Assembly (NCBI GenBank): GCA_012295275.1
Contig: CM022677.1
Location: 12,090,001-12,154,000 of the forward strand
Length of the DNA: 64,000 nt
Direction of reading: 5' to 3'
Source: Chrysomallon squamiferum
Lineage: Eukaryota; Animalia; Mollusca
The translations under genes were made by a program, and so were the position numbers. Below, piece after piece: positions 13,230 to 27,669 of this stretch (position 1 is the first letter of the stretch; each line of letters begins with the position of its first letter). The notes beneath the pieces were generated by a model that was given only the letters and a program-made list of their open reading frames with translations, did not search any database and was not told the DNA's origin.

Positions 13230-14100
13230 AGTACACAGCAGTAAAAGTAACAACTACCTTAACATAGTTAGTGCAGTTCATACATTTTTTGATATATGCT
13301 ACGCACAGTGAAAGTGAGACTAACGATTAATAAAAACAGCAACACAATAAGCCGAAGTACACGTTAGGAATAGCGCCATTACAACGGCCACGTCGTCGAC
13401 ATTAATATTAATAACAATGATATATTTTAACAGAGGATGGGCACACTGAAAGAAAGAATAATAGTTAATAAAAAAGCGAAACAGTAAAAAAGAATAATGA
13501 GTGCACCGAGACGTTGAGATCAACGCATGTACTACGGCAACGACAGCGACACTAACAGAAATGAGAAAAATATTTTTCAAAATATGAAGTGCACACTAAG
13601 AAAGTAGAAATAATGATTAATAAAAAAACGCTAAAGAATAATAAGAAGAACACGAAGAACATTAGGAGCAACGCCGTTACAAGACAGCGACATTAATAGT
13701 AATAATAATAAACACTTTAATATATATTGAAACTGAAAGTGAGACTAACAATTAATAGAAAGCGCAACACAATAAGTAGAAGTACACCAACAACATCAAG
13801 GAGAATGCTCATACAGCAGCGACGTCAATAGAAATAAGTAAACGACGTTAATTCTAATACGGATATATATTTATATATAGTAATATATTTTCAAATAGGA
13901 TGAACACACTAAGGAGGTAAGAATAATAGTTTATAAAACGTGAAAACTAATAGAAATAAGTAATCGACGTTAATTCTAATAAGAGTAATGTATTTTTAAA
14001 TAGGATGTTTACACTAAGAAAGTAAGAAAAATAGTGAAACGTGAAAAATAATAAGTAAACGAATAACGTTATGAACAATGCCAGTACGACGGCAACAGAC
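13230..14100 (+). repeat. Degenerate CpG-rich satellite-like repeat, block 2 (same family and orientation as 8800-9400)
   Basis: Examples: acgttgagatcaacgcatgtactacggcaacgacagcgacactaa (13511) and gtacgacggcaac (14084), with repeated cacactaagaaagt. Confidence 0.7.
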
Positions 14101-14204
14101 ACACATGCGCACATACACACACATACGTACCTACCTACAGACATACATAGACATACGTATACGTATATATACAAACATGCTGTAGGAATTACACAAGCAA
14201 CATC

Positions 14205-14440
14205 CAAATCATGTGTCATTTGTTTCTTTGTATGTGTTGTATTTGATCATTGTCATTTGTTTCTGTGTATGTGATGTGTTTGATCATTGTCATTTGTTTC
14301 TGTGTATGTGATGTGTTTGATCATCTGTTATGTGTTTTTGTGTCTTTATTGTATTTGATCATGAGTTATATCTATTTGTATGTGGTGAATGTGTCATGTG
14401 TTTCTGTGTCTGTGTTGTATTTGATCATGTGTCATTTGCT
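14205..14440 (+). repeat. ~37-bp minisatellite
   Basis: Unit tgtcatttgtttctgtgtatgtgatgtgtttgatcat; starts at 14251 and 14288. Confidence 0.8.
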
Positions 14441-16370
14441 TGTATTCTCCACATATCAAAAATACTATGCATTCCTTATTTTCAAAAAAGTTATTTATAA
14501 AAATATTGATACATACATGTCTATGGATCGATACTTGTTTGTTTGCAATTGCAGCTATCCGCCACAGGACAGCAAAAGAAAATCCGTGAAAGGTTTTATA
14601 AACAGTTATGAAAATAAGCACAGCAAAATAATCGACACGAAAAGGGTGCATATCATGTTTCGAAATTTCTCTTGGCAATATAAAAGAACACCTGTGAGTT
14701 TATTGTTGATTGTTTTTTTTGCAGGTATAGAATTTGAATGTATATTGGTGAATAGTAAAATCTGGAGTCCTTTCAAGCAAACCAGTTTCTGTTGTTCAGT
14801 TTGATGAATTATATCTTCCTGCCAGTCAGATTAGATTGAAAACCTTTCTTTTCTTTTCTTTACCTTTTTTTTCTTTTTTTTTTCTTTGATATAAGGCTAG
14901 AATAGAAGTTTGATAATTTACTATCTACATAATTTCTTAGTTTTATAGGCAAATAGTAGGGGTATTAGTTATAGGAGAAATAGTGATAGTAATAGCAGTA
15001 ATAACAGTAGCAAAATTTAATATTAGTCATTAAAGTACGAGTGGTATAGTAAAAGAGCATAGTATAGTGTTTATTAACAGAAGTATTGATAGTAATAAGT
15101 ATTAGTATGTATGAGAGTATCTGTAAACACCATGTTTATCAAAGTCCTCTCTTTTTCAACAATAGAACAACAATAATAACAGTAATAACACCTTAATATC
15201 GCACCTTATCACTTCTTTGTTTATTTATTTATTTATGTAAAAACGGAAGCTTCCTTTATATGTTTGACGCTATTCTCTTAATTTTATAAGAACTGTTCTG
15301 AGAGCGGATATAAAAATTACTTCGAATGTTTTACTGGCCGCGTAAAGTTATCAGAGAAAAAAGAAAAAAAAAGTATATAATAATGATAATAATGAACTGG
15401 GAAATTTTATAGAATCTGTTATTTTTAACTAAAGAATACCGCTATTTGCAATTTTACCATCGATATCAAAATACGTTTTTATTACTGCATTATTTATAAC
15501 GGATATTAAAGTTACATTAATTAGAGATTATCGCTTATATTATTGAATAAATATGGAATTTTATTCGAGATTAACTCCATTTTTCTCAGTGTTTTATATA
15601 TATATATCTATCCTCTATATCTGTAATTATCAATATAATCTGTGTTGTAATACTAATATTTAATTTCCGACGAATACTTACTTATAAAATGAATACACCG
15701 AAATTGCCTGTTATTGTAACAAAATATTTTAAAATCATATAATTTCATGTAGAGAGAGATGTAAATTAATAATAAAATATGAAAGACTATCATTTTTCAG
15801 TGAGAAGGACATTAATTTGGGGAGAAAAAAAAACTTGTTTTCAATGTATAAGCTAATAACGTTACCGAAGGAATCCTAGTTTTCGTGTTGATAATTGTAC
15901 ACGGCATATTAAGAATTAAATTTTAATAACGTGAATATAATTTTAATATTAATATTTCGTCTAAAGAACATATTTGTATTTAGATGTGGAGCGAAGATTT
16001 TACGCTTCTGTTTTACGTTCATTTCACAAAATCATTCATAACGTTAATGTCGTTTATAATAAAATATTTCATTTTTCAAAAACCAGTTTTAGTCATTTTA
16101 TTTAACCTGAGTGTATTCTGTTCCAGCCACTGTCTCACGACATGAGTATCAGATAATTATTATTGTGTTTCTTTTTATTCACACAGTGGTAAATATAAAG
16201 ACATTCTTACTGAATATGTGTGCAACATTTAGGGCGCCGTAAGCTACATTCTAATCATTACAAAATACTTGTCACGTATAAAACGAAACGAAACAAGTAG
16301 TGTTAATCAGTTATTCATTATTCATAATTACTTTTCTAAACTGCAAATACAGGAACTCAGTTGATGCAGG

Positions 16371-16453
<83 letters not shown>

Positions 16454-16856
16454 AAGAATATATTTCTAAATAAATATATAAATAAATAAATAAACAAACA
16501 GAAACATTTGCAGTATTATTGAAATAAATAGCATGAATTTGTTGTAATACAAATAACAGTATAGCCATAAAAACAATTAAATAATTATGTAAACGGTCAT
16601 ATTTTAGTTTTGTCAGAAAACTTTCGAAAACTTTAACATTCAGTTGGATGATAGTAGTAGAAAGGTGTTGTGAAGTTATTTTAATGATTATTTTATTATT
16701 TCCTAATCTAAAAAATTGTCACACCATTTAACATTATAATGTTTTCAATGTAGCTGTTGGATCTCTGTGTCTAAATAAATAAATAATAATAACAACAGTA
16801 TCAACATAGAACAATAAGAGAAAATAAAAAAGAAGATAGAGAAAGAAAAAGGGAAC

Positions 16857-16890
<34 letters not shown>

Positions 16891-17110
16891 AATGATAAAA
16901 TAAACATATAAACGTGCGTATGTAACACTATAATGTTATAAATAAACTGTATAAGCTTTTCATTCGTTCAGTTTATTTTTAGTATTAGTAATAGTATTAG
17001 TAGTAGTAGTAGCAGCAGTAGTAATAGCAGTAGTATAATTATAGTAACAGCAATATTAGTATATTTCTATATATATATACTAATATTGCTGATATTGCTA
17101 CTACTAGTCG

Positions 17111-17112
<2 letters not shown>

Positions 17113-17156
<44 letters not shown>

Positions 17157-18500
17157 AAAAATATATATAACAGAGATTAATGATGAACGTTAATAACTAA
17201 ATACCTTTTTAAGATCTATCCAAACACTATGCATTTCTTTTTTTTTAAATAGGAGAAAACTTTGCAAGTATAAATTTGTGGAAATACACCAAAATAAACT
17301 TCATTTTCCAACTTAAAATAAGTTTTGTTTCCTTTCGAAAAATACATTTTAACCTATGATTTATTATGGTTTATATTTGCCTTACATACAGCTGGCGCAC
17401 CAAAACTGTTTTATAGCTTAGACCTCTAAAGATCTTAATTCGACCATGGCGGTAGTTGTACGCCTAGTCAAAGAAAGTAACAGGACAGCTGTTCACCACG
17501 TTTCTAAACTGCAAATACATTATTATTGATTACATATTATTTGTTAAACATAAACACAGCTGGCCCCTTCTGTGATCTCAGCTAATAATGGTGATAGCAG
17601 CACACCAAACTCACAATAACTTGAGAATTAACGGACTAAACTTAAATAATATTTAATTAACATTCAATTAAAATTTAACCAGCTTTAATTATTACATGCA
17701 ATTTTAACCAGGAAGTAAATTAAAGGCAAGTTTCGATTTCGTTAATGAAACATTATACTTGTCATAATTGAGATCAAATCAATAATAACAATAAATTTCA
17801 TTCATATTTCCGTGTCTGACTCTCTTAAAGCAGTGTTTAAAAATGTAGAAAAACTCAGCGGGTAGTGCAGTGGGTGGAGCAAATATCTGTCACCAAGGTG
17901 CGCTGGCGCGAGAGCTGTAACGCGGAGTACGATCTTACGTCATGCGAGAAGCTGGTTAAACTTTAACTGATTATTATTTACGTTAATTCTCAAGTTATTG
18001 TGAGTTTGGAGTGCTACTGTCACCACAATTAGGTGAGATCAGAGAAAGGGCCAGCTGTGTTTATGATTAACAAATAATATGTAATCAATAATAACGAGCT
18101 AGAAACGTGGTGAACAGCTGTCCTGTTTCTGTGTTTGACTAGGCGTAGAACTACCGCCATGGTCGGATTAAGATCTTTAGTGGCTCTAAGCTATCAAACA
18201 ATTTTGATGCGCAATTTGTATGTAAACAATGTAAACAAATATAAAGAATAATAAATCATAGAATAAAATGTAGTTTTCAAAAGGAAACAAAAGTTATAGT
18301 GAGCTGGAAAATAATCTTTAGTTTTGTGTAGTTCCACTAAATTTATACTGGGAATGTTTTCTCTTATTTTATATTTTTTTATTTTTTTATTTTTATAAGC
18401 AGTGTTTGGTCAGATCGACAATACGTATTTAGTTATTAATGTACACCGTTAATCTCTATTATAATTTTTGTTACTGTGTGTGTGTGTGTGCGTGTGTTTG
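17113..18500. repeat. Long imperfect inverted repeat: arms ~17113-17690 and ~17948-18500, spacer ~260 bp
   Basis: ctaaagatcttaattcgaccatggcggtagttgtacgcctagtcaaa (17426) pairs with tttgactaggcgtagaactaccgccatggtcggattaagatctttag (18134). The arms extend out to (CA)n and (TG)n tracts. Confidence 0.93.
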
Positions 18501-18549
18501 ATTTTCACTCGAAAATAATTCCTTTTAATTCCATTTAAAAGAAACTTAG

Positions 18550-21408
18550 AGTGATATCGGTAGGAGCACGTGTAGTTCGAAGTCCAGACTGGGCTGGTAA
18601 AGGGAAAGATGGTGGCGAAGATGGTCTTGGAACAGTTGTGAAAGAGGATGTCGCTAATGGCAAGGTGAAGGTCATATGGGACATAGGTCACGAAGGTCAC
18701 TATCGTGCTGGATATGATGGACGATATACGAACTCAGTCAGATTTTCTACACTTAATGTTTCTTTAATTTTATTGTTGTTGTCATTTTTTTTTTATTATA
18801 ACCGTTGCTGTCGTTGTTAGAAACGAACAAAACGTTTGTAAATAGTTGATTTTTCAAGAAATGTTAATCATTAACAAAAATGATATCTTTACCGTCATTA
18901 CTTTATTCCTTTAAGAACTGTTTCTATATTTTCTTAAATTAGTCATCTTATGTCAGAGTCAACGTTTGCACATATATACTGAAACTGAAAATGGTGTTAT
19001 TTGGAAAAAAACCTACTAAGATTTGTTGAGGAACATTCTTGTTGCGGGAATATAGACTACTGCATTTTTGTAACTATATGCATGTAATATTTCACTTGAT
19101 TTATTATCAGTCTTTCCATATTTCATCCGTGTACCCTGCCATTCTCTTTAGAGTTATCCCTCTTCCGTCGAACTATTAATAGATTATATTATACCTAGTA
19201 TATTGTTTATTGTACTAATATTTTACAGACTTTAAACTGTATGGTCAGGAACATTTAATTATTCGACAAGTGTTTATAGATTGCTAAAACATGTTTTGAC
19301 AAATCGCAATATCTCAATCATGAAAATCATGCGGAAATACAGCATCAGTTATGTCCCTTTTGTAGATGTCGTATGTCACTAGTGTCCGAATTCAGAACAA
19401 AAAAAAAAAAAAAATTACTCTAAAAAATAAAAAAATAAAAAAATAAAACAATTGAATCAAGAATGTTAAAGAAACCCAAAGCAAAAATGTAATTTATTTT
19501 CTACAGAGGTAAACAATCTTGGAGTAATTTTGTTTTCTCGCTAATAAATTATTAATTTGTAGTTATAAATAACCATAATGGTAATCTAAGACTAATTATA
19601 ATTTGCAATCAATACTTAGTGTAACTAATGTTTGTACGTCAGACACTCTGTCAGATTATATTTATCAGCTTTAGAACGTAATGATTATTTATTTATTGTT
19701 TATTATTATTAGGATCATCATCATCATCATCAACTCACAAGAACAATATGTAATTTTTATGTTGTGTTCATGATAATATTACGTGTTGTTTGCAAAATGG
19801 AACCAATAGAATGTATGCGCAGGAAGTGTGCAACCTGCTGTGACCTTTGCACTCTGTGTTACATGAGTGGAAAACATGATCTTAGTCATCCTTTCGTTCT
19901 CCATCAAACACAGACATCTACACTGTAAGTCAGCAAAACTGAGATTACATGAATAAAACAACAAAGGAAAAAAACATATAAAAAGTAATAAAATTTAAAA
20001 ACAAAAATTAAAAAGGCCTTTTACTGTTAACAGTTTTGTACATTTATTTTAAATTGAATTTAAAACCAATTTATCTTCACAAATGATTTTAAAAAGGAAT
20101 GTATTACTGCTTAAAAGTGCTTAGAGTGCCTATTGATTCAAGAAATTTGCTAAAACCAGAAACTGTACATGGAATTTTGCCAGGTGCTAGTGTTAAGAGA
20201 GGGTTACACTGGAAGTGGAGTAATCAGGATGGTAAGTATTCTTTCAATAAAGAGTTCACAGTGAGGTCAGTACTCTGTTAAGATAGATTTATGGTAAAAA
20301 AAAAGAGGATTTTTTTGGTTTTAAAATTTACAATTAGAAAAATTTACACCAAGGAGTTTAGTAATTTTATGCAAATCATAAAATATATTGTTTAAATCTT
20401 TGTTAGTTTATTATTTATCAATATAGTGTATTTAAATGTGTTCAGCCTTGATGTGTCATGGTGGGATATACACAAAGATAACAGCTGAAGCCTGTTATAA
20501 TAATTGTGACAATAAGCATCACACTATTTTGTAATCATAAAGGAATTAATTATACTGATTTCATTTAAGTCCATATAACAAATATCTTTTTCTGGCTTTG
20601 AAAATGATTAAATGTGAAGTTTGAAAGAATCTGTTTTGCATCTTTTCAAAGATGTTTTTCTTTTATTTTGTTCTTCAAATTTAGGTGAAGGAGCTGGTGA
20701 TGTCATACATTTAGTAAAGTGGGGAAGAAATAGTTATAGAGGTGGTGTTGAAGTTAAATGCAAAACGGTTCAATGAATACCTACAGATGTGGAGGAGAAG
20801 GTTGTATGGATCTCATTCTGATTGCTGAAACAACGGATGTATTACTTTCCACAGCATCTTCCTGTGTTATGTGTGTTTCTTGAACTACCAGCAAATACAT
20901 AACAACTATACTATCAAAGTGATAAATTAACAAACTAATTAAAACCAACTTTTTTGATCTGCATAAACCTGTTATTCTTACTAAGTTTTGATCATTTTAG
21001 TTAATTTTAAAAGAAGCAGTAATGGACGTACCACAGAAGCTCCTAATAGTTTTTGACTTTTATTTTAATATCATTTTTTTTTTTACTTTGATTAAATTAT
21101 CATAGATAATACTCTTAAACAACAACTATTAATAATGATGATGCATGTGATGAGATTATGATGAGGAGGATAATGATGAAGATAAATTATAAACTAAAGT
21201 ACTTTGTGGGTTTAGATGTGAGAAGCCAGTCAGAATATCAGTTGAAACCTGGAGACAAGGTACAAATGGATATAGATGTCAAAGTGGTGAAGAATTTTTT
21301 TTTATCAGAAACTAAATGTGGCATGAAAAGATATCTGATTTATTTAACTTTAATTAATTATAACATAAATGTAATTTATTCATTACAATTAATACATAAT
21401 GAAAAAAA

Positions 21409-21445
<37 letters not shown>

Positions 21446-23177
21446 GTCTGTCTATCTATATATATATATATATATATATGAAATTATGAAAGTACCTTTC
21501 TTCTGCACTCAAATTTGTTTTGTCATTCAAATAAACAATTTTCATAATGTCTGTCTGTTTCTGACTGAAGGATAACAGCAATACTTTTTTTGTTCTATTT
21601 TATTGATTCTATTTAGGGTTTATTTTTAATTTTATTTATTTATTTATTAATTTATTTATGTATTTGCCATTGCCAGGAACAGTCACTGAAATAAATGGCT
21701 CAAGAATAGAAAAAGTTCAGTATGAAGATGCACAGTCATGGTATTTCTTTAGATCAATGTTAACGAAGGTAATCTATTATTATTTACTTTAATTTAAAAT
21801 GTTTTATTTTTATTTTTTATATATATAATTAAAGAAAAATTTATATAGTCTTTATTTAATTTAATTTTGAAAGGTATCTCTTTCATGTTTTTAATTCATT
21901 TTTAATTGACAAAGTATCTTCTATTTGTGGTCTTGTCTTTATGTTTAATTTAAATGTATCTATTTGTATACTTTTTTATTTATATTGTTTTATTTGTTTT
22001 CCTGTAAAGAAATTCCATTTTATACGGTTCTATTTTATTTTTCAGAAGTATTTATTTAAGAATCCATGCAGGTGAATGAGACTGTGGATGCAAACAGTCC
22101 ATTACAACTGGCTTGCTACACAGGTAGCAGTGACGTTGTGAAAATTCTCTTATCATATAAAGCTGATCCAAATCTGGTTGATGAAGAAGGAGACACTGCT
22201 CTTCATTTTGCTGTCTCTCAGTAAGTTAAACTTTACATAACATCACTTCAGAGCAAGTTAAACTTTACATAACATCACTTCAGAGCAAGTTAAACTTTAC
22301 ATAACATCACTTCAGAGCAAGTTAAACTTTACACAACATCACTTCAGAGCAAGTTAAACTTTACACAACATCACTTCAGAGCAAGTTAAACTTTACACAA
22401 CATCACTTCAGAGCAAGTTAAACTTTACACAACATCACTTCAGAGCAAGTTAAACCTGTATTTGTACACAACATTTCATCTATCTGCTTTATAGTAAGAT
22501 GAGTATTTAGTTAACATTATTTCACACTAAGTTAAATTTCTTTCTTTATATATTATCACTGAATCAAGCTGTTTCCTAGTAAATTAAATGTGTATCATTA
22601 CTTAATATCATTTCATTTCATAATGCAATTTTATTAAGATTTATCTGCATCTTTATATCATTTCACAATGCTGTTTTAGTAAATTATATCTATATCTTTA
22701 TATAACATCATTTCATAATGCAGTTTTATTAAGATATATCTATATATTTATATAACATAATTTCTTTATTCTGCCTCATGGTCAGTTATATCTATATCTT
22801 TATTAATCATCTCTTTCTCGTGCTGTTTAACAGTAAGATAAAGCTATATTTTTATATAACATGTCACTTCATCATGTGGTTTCACAATATGTTAAATGTG
22901 TATCTTTAAATTATCACATAACTATTCTCTTTAAAGCTATAATTATACTTTTATATAACACAGATACAAAATTGTATCATTTCATGATTATTATGTTTTT
23001 CAGAGGCCAAGATGAAATTGTGAAAACCCTAACTGATAAAGATGCTGACATGAACAAAAAGAATAAAAAAGGACACACCATGTCACTAAGCAGTGACTGC
23101 AGACAATGAAGAAATTGTGAAAATCCTCACTGACAAGGGTTGTGTTGTTAACACACAGGTTACATGTGTATTTATTT

Positions 23178-23255
<78 letters not shown>

Positions 23256-23660
23256 AAATAAAATGACACAATGTATGTACAAATAACAACTCAGAAAGCT
23301 ACCTAAATTTAAAAAATGCCCTTTTCTAATTATTATTCCTGTTTGCAAATTTTGCTTTGATAAATTTATTCTTGTAGCTTTATAATGAAGTTTTAACTTC
23401 ATATTGCATCTGCTAATTGTCAATTTATTCTGATTTATAAAATTATTTCTTAATCATATAATTTTACATATTTATTTTCAAAAGTTGTGCAAACATTGAG
23501 TTTGTTCTGACAAAGGGTTAATGATGAAGACATGCCACTCCATGCTATGAACAACTACCCATCTGTGAGATGTTGATGAAGGTGAAGAAATTAAATGTGA
23601 CATTTTCAACAGTGATGGAATGTCTGCTTTTCATGTGGCTGTAATAAATAATAAAGAAAA
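18550..23660 (+). pseudogene. Mind bomb (MIB1/MIB2)-like E3 ligase gene, disrupted: MIB/HERC2, ZZ finger, MIB/HERC2, Mib repeat, ankyrin exons; no RING exons seen
   Basis: VGARVVRSPDW...DGGEDGLGTVV...VKVIWDIGHEGHYRAGYDGRY (18551); ZZ-like RKCATCCDLCTLCYMSGKHDLSHPF (~19770-19925); GILPGASVKRGLHWKWSNQDG (20125-20231); NTYRCGGEGCMDL (~20685-20870); LKPGDKVQMDIDV (21216); ankyrin exons SPLQLACYTGSSDVVKILLSYKADPNLVDEEGDTALHFAVS (22072-22220), 23004-23158 and ~23517-23660. Several frameshifts are present. Confidence 0.88.
22223..22455 (+). repeat. 32-bp tandem repeat (~7 copies) starting at an ankyrin-exon splice donor
   Basis: Unit aagttaaactttac(a/c)aacatcacttcagagc, approximately; starts at 22223 and 22255. 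Confidence 0.93.
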
Positions 23661-24948
23661 GTATGTATAGCTTTCAGCTGTCAAGTCAGTCAGCTGCCTT
23701 AATAAGAATGTTTAGAAAGATTTTATTATAATTATTATTATTATTATTATTATTTTAAACATAGCGTTAAGGTGATCTCTATAACGTATCATCATGAAAC
23801 AAATATTAAACAACTTAGCTAATTAGAATATTAATTGTTCCTGAAACAAACCCTTTATAGTCTGTTTATCACATATTGGCTGTACTTGAAGAACATTTTG
23901 AGTATGTGAACACTCTTTGCTTTTATTTTTATTATATCATTGTCTTTCATGTAATCCTAGGTTTATAACTTGTATACTGTAACCACAACCTGAAACCACA
24001 TAAAAAGTTGTACAATGATTTCTTAGAAATACAATTGAAAACAAGAACATTCTTAAAATGACTAAGAACAGCACCAGCTCCTTCAGTGAGGCATCTTGTT
24101 TGTTGTGAGATGTGACATGTGAAGTGGATGATGGATCCTGGTGGTTGAGTCATGTTTGATGTCTGCAACTGAGTACATTGCCACTGACAATTATTCACTT
24201 TGATCTAGAGTTCATGCAGCTAATAGCTATTGATTTGTTTAATTTTGCTAGAATTAGAATTCTTATTTTTATTATTATTGTATGTCTGTATATGTATGTA
24301 TTTATATTATTATTATTATAATTTTTATTTACTTATTTATTTATTTATTTATCAATTTTTCAATCTCTTAACTGCATCTCCATCTTTCTGGTTATTTTTC
24401 TAAATTCTAATAATTCAAATTATTTTATTTTATTATTTATTTATTATTATTATTATTATTAATATTGTAATTATTATTTTTCTTTTTACAAGCTAGTTAT
24501 AATTATTTTTATTATTTTTTTTTCTTCATGTTTCTTTTTATTCAGTAGGGAGCAGACTTTTTTTTAGTTTTTTAATAAAACAAGTCACCTAGTAATATCT
24601 CAGAGAATTAATATTTTTGTTACTAGTGTAGATGTTCTGTCTTCCTTATTCAAAACCTGTTTCCATTGATGATGTCGTATTTCTAGTGTTTGCTGAACAA
24701 ACCCAAACAATAATGAAGTTGTAAACTTGTATTGTCAATATATTTTGTTTTCTGGAAATTATTATTATTACTGATTTTTTTAGAACCAGTATTATTCTGA
24801 TAACTTGTTTGTTACTATTAGTGTCTTTTAAATAGTTATTGTATTTATATTGACAGACACTTTTTTCTCTTAATTTCAAGGTCTGCCCTGTGTTAATATA
24901 TGTATATAATTTGTTTTTCTTTCTATTTTTTGTTTGTTTTTTCCACAG

Positions 24949-27175
24949 AACTGATATAGGTTTAATATCACTGAAAAAAACCAACAGCAGTTGGCACCAA
25001 AAACACCAGTATCACCATTAGACCTGAGACAAACTGACATCACCACACCAACCACTGAAAACTCAAACTCAAACTGCGCCAAGAAACATCCAGACACACT
25101 AGAAAAGAAACCAGAAACACCACCATCCATTGCCAGAGGCATTTTGGTAAAAATAATGTCTAAGAAAGAAAGGGAACAGAACAAGTTTGATCATGTGATT
25201 CAACTGACTAATCTTTTTGTGAAACTGGAATTTTTGTTGAAAGCAGCCGGACCAAGCTTAAACTGCCACAAGCTTTAACACCAACATATCCACTTAGTCA
25301 CATTTTAAATCTTTGAAAAACATTCAGGTAAATATGTCTGTAAATATGTCTTAGTCTATCTGTCTGTTTCTCTTTCTGCCTACCTCCTTATTTATTTATT
25401 TGATTTCTATCTCTGCTTTTCTGTTTGTATTTCTTTCCTTGAAAATGTGCACATAAATATGTTTATCTTTCTTACTATGTCTCTACTTAATATGCTTATC
25501 TGTTTTTCTGCCTGTTTCTTTATGTATCATTTCTTATTTGTTCCTAATTATCATTTTTTTTAGTTTTCTTTCTTTTTTCTTCCTTTCTTTTCTTTATGTT
25601 TTTTAATAATGATTTTCTAAGTTGTAATAGTTTTTGAAGTATAACAAAGAAAGAAAAGATTATATATAATCTTTCTGTAAGTTCTCTTTTGATAATTCTG
25701 AACATAAATAGCTTTAGAATCAGCAATTTAAGTAATTTTAAATTTATTTATAGTTTTAATTTATAAAAATGCTCTTAAAACAGTTTTAGTAGACAGTTGA
25801 CCCCAGTCTTTCTGAGCTGTGTGTTTGGCAGTGTGTTCTAACACAACAGTGATCTTCCTTAGCCTCACCACCAACAAAACAGACACTGAGAGTGCTGTGA
25901 GTAATCTGAATTATAACTGTTATAAAATCTTTTATAATAATAATAATAATAATAAAACCAGTTTAAAGAATTCCATATTCATTACATAATGCTTACACCA
26001 ATAACAAGAAATTATTTTTATATTTATATCTGTATAATTATGAGAAAAAAAATCTTATTTTCTCTTGTTGTTGTTGTTGTTCTTCTTGTTCTTCTTCTTC
26101 TTCTTATTATTATTATTATTGTTCTTGGTATTGTTATTATTATTATTAATATTATATTATATGTCACTGTTATTGTTATTATTATTAGTAGTAGTAGTAA
26201 TTAGTATATGTAATTAATGTGTAATTGTCACTTAGCTACTAATATTGCTAATTCTGCTACTACCACTGTTACTAGTATTATTCAGCTAACAAAAACAGTT
26301 ACTAACAGTGACTTTCATTACACTAAATCAATTACCAGTAATTATTATATATCTATTTACCACTGTGTGTGTTACTGCTATTTGTACTGTTGCTACAAAT
26401 GTTACTACAAATGTTATTTTTACCACTATTATTACATCTACTACTACTACTACTAGTACTACTACTACTACTATGGTGTCTGCAGTTATTTACTACCTCT
26501 ACATATTGTATCTACTGTAAATTGAATAACCTAAGCTAATTCTACCAAAGTTATCACTATTACTGTTACTGCTGCAATTACCACTATTTGTATTACTACT
26601 ACTAGTATTGTTATTACAAACTATTACCACTGTTACTATTACTAGTACTGTTACTACTGATATTACAATTATTACCACTATTACTGCTACTAGTTAGTTT
26701 TTATAACTATTAGTATTGATACAACAACTATGAATTCTGCTGCTGCTGTTACTACTATTACTACTACTACAACTGCTGCTGCTACTACTGCTACTACTAC
26801 TGTTACTGATACTAAAACTACTACAACTACTGCTGTGGCAACTACTCAACCACTGTTACAACTACTACCACTGCTAATGATACTATTACTACTGTTAAAA
26901 CATTAATGTGTCTTCTTCTAACTAGATTTTAATAATAACAAATAAATAAGTGTAAACAATCTGTATTAATAGTTTTACTACTAATACACACAACTTGAGT
27001 GTTTTGTTGCTAGCACTGTGTAATCAAAATATTGTTGGTAAACAGGAATATTTGGATGTATCAAGTAATTCTGTAGGAAATGATTACTTCTCTCACTGTG
27101 TCAGTCCAGCTCTTAAAACTCTCAGGTTTTCTTCTTATTATTCATGTCATTTTATTAACTTTTCTTTATCTGCCA

Positions 27176-27235
<60 letters not shown>

Positions 27236-27431
27236 CTGATACTCTGTCTCTCTTCTGTCTTTCTCTTTTCTCTGTCTCCTCTAAGAAACCCTAGCTTCAA
27301 GAATCTTAATTTATCATTATATATTTTTAACTTTCTTATTTATTTATTTATACTGGTTTTATTAATATAAATGTGTATTTCTCTATAATTTCAGAGCTAT
27401 TTTCTGATAATGTATATTCTGCACATTGTGA

Positions 27432-27476
<45 letters not shown>

Positions 27477-27606
27477 GTTTTGTTTTTTTTATTACCAGCT
27501 GGGATCACTTAATCTTGTATTCGGTTTTTTATCTGAATGATGCAAAAGTTAACAACCAAACTCTTATAGTTGATGGTAAATTTAGATTTGTAAAATATAT
27601 TTACAT

Positions 27607-27669
<63 letters not shown>

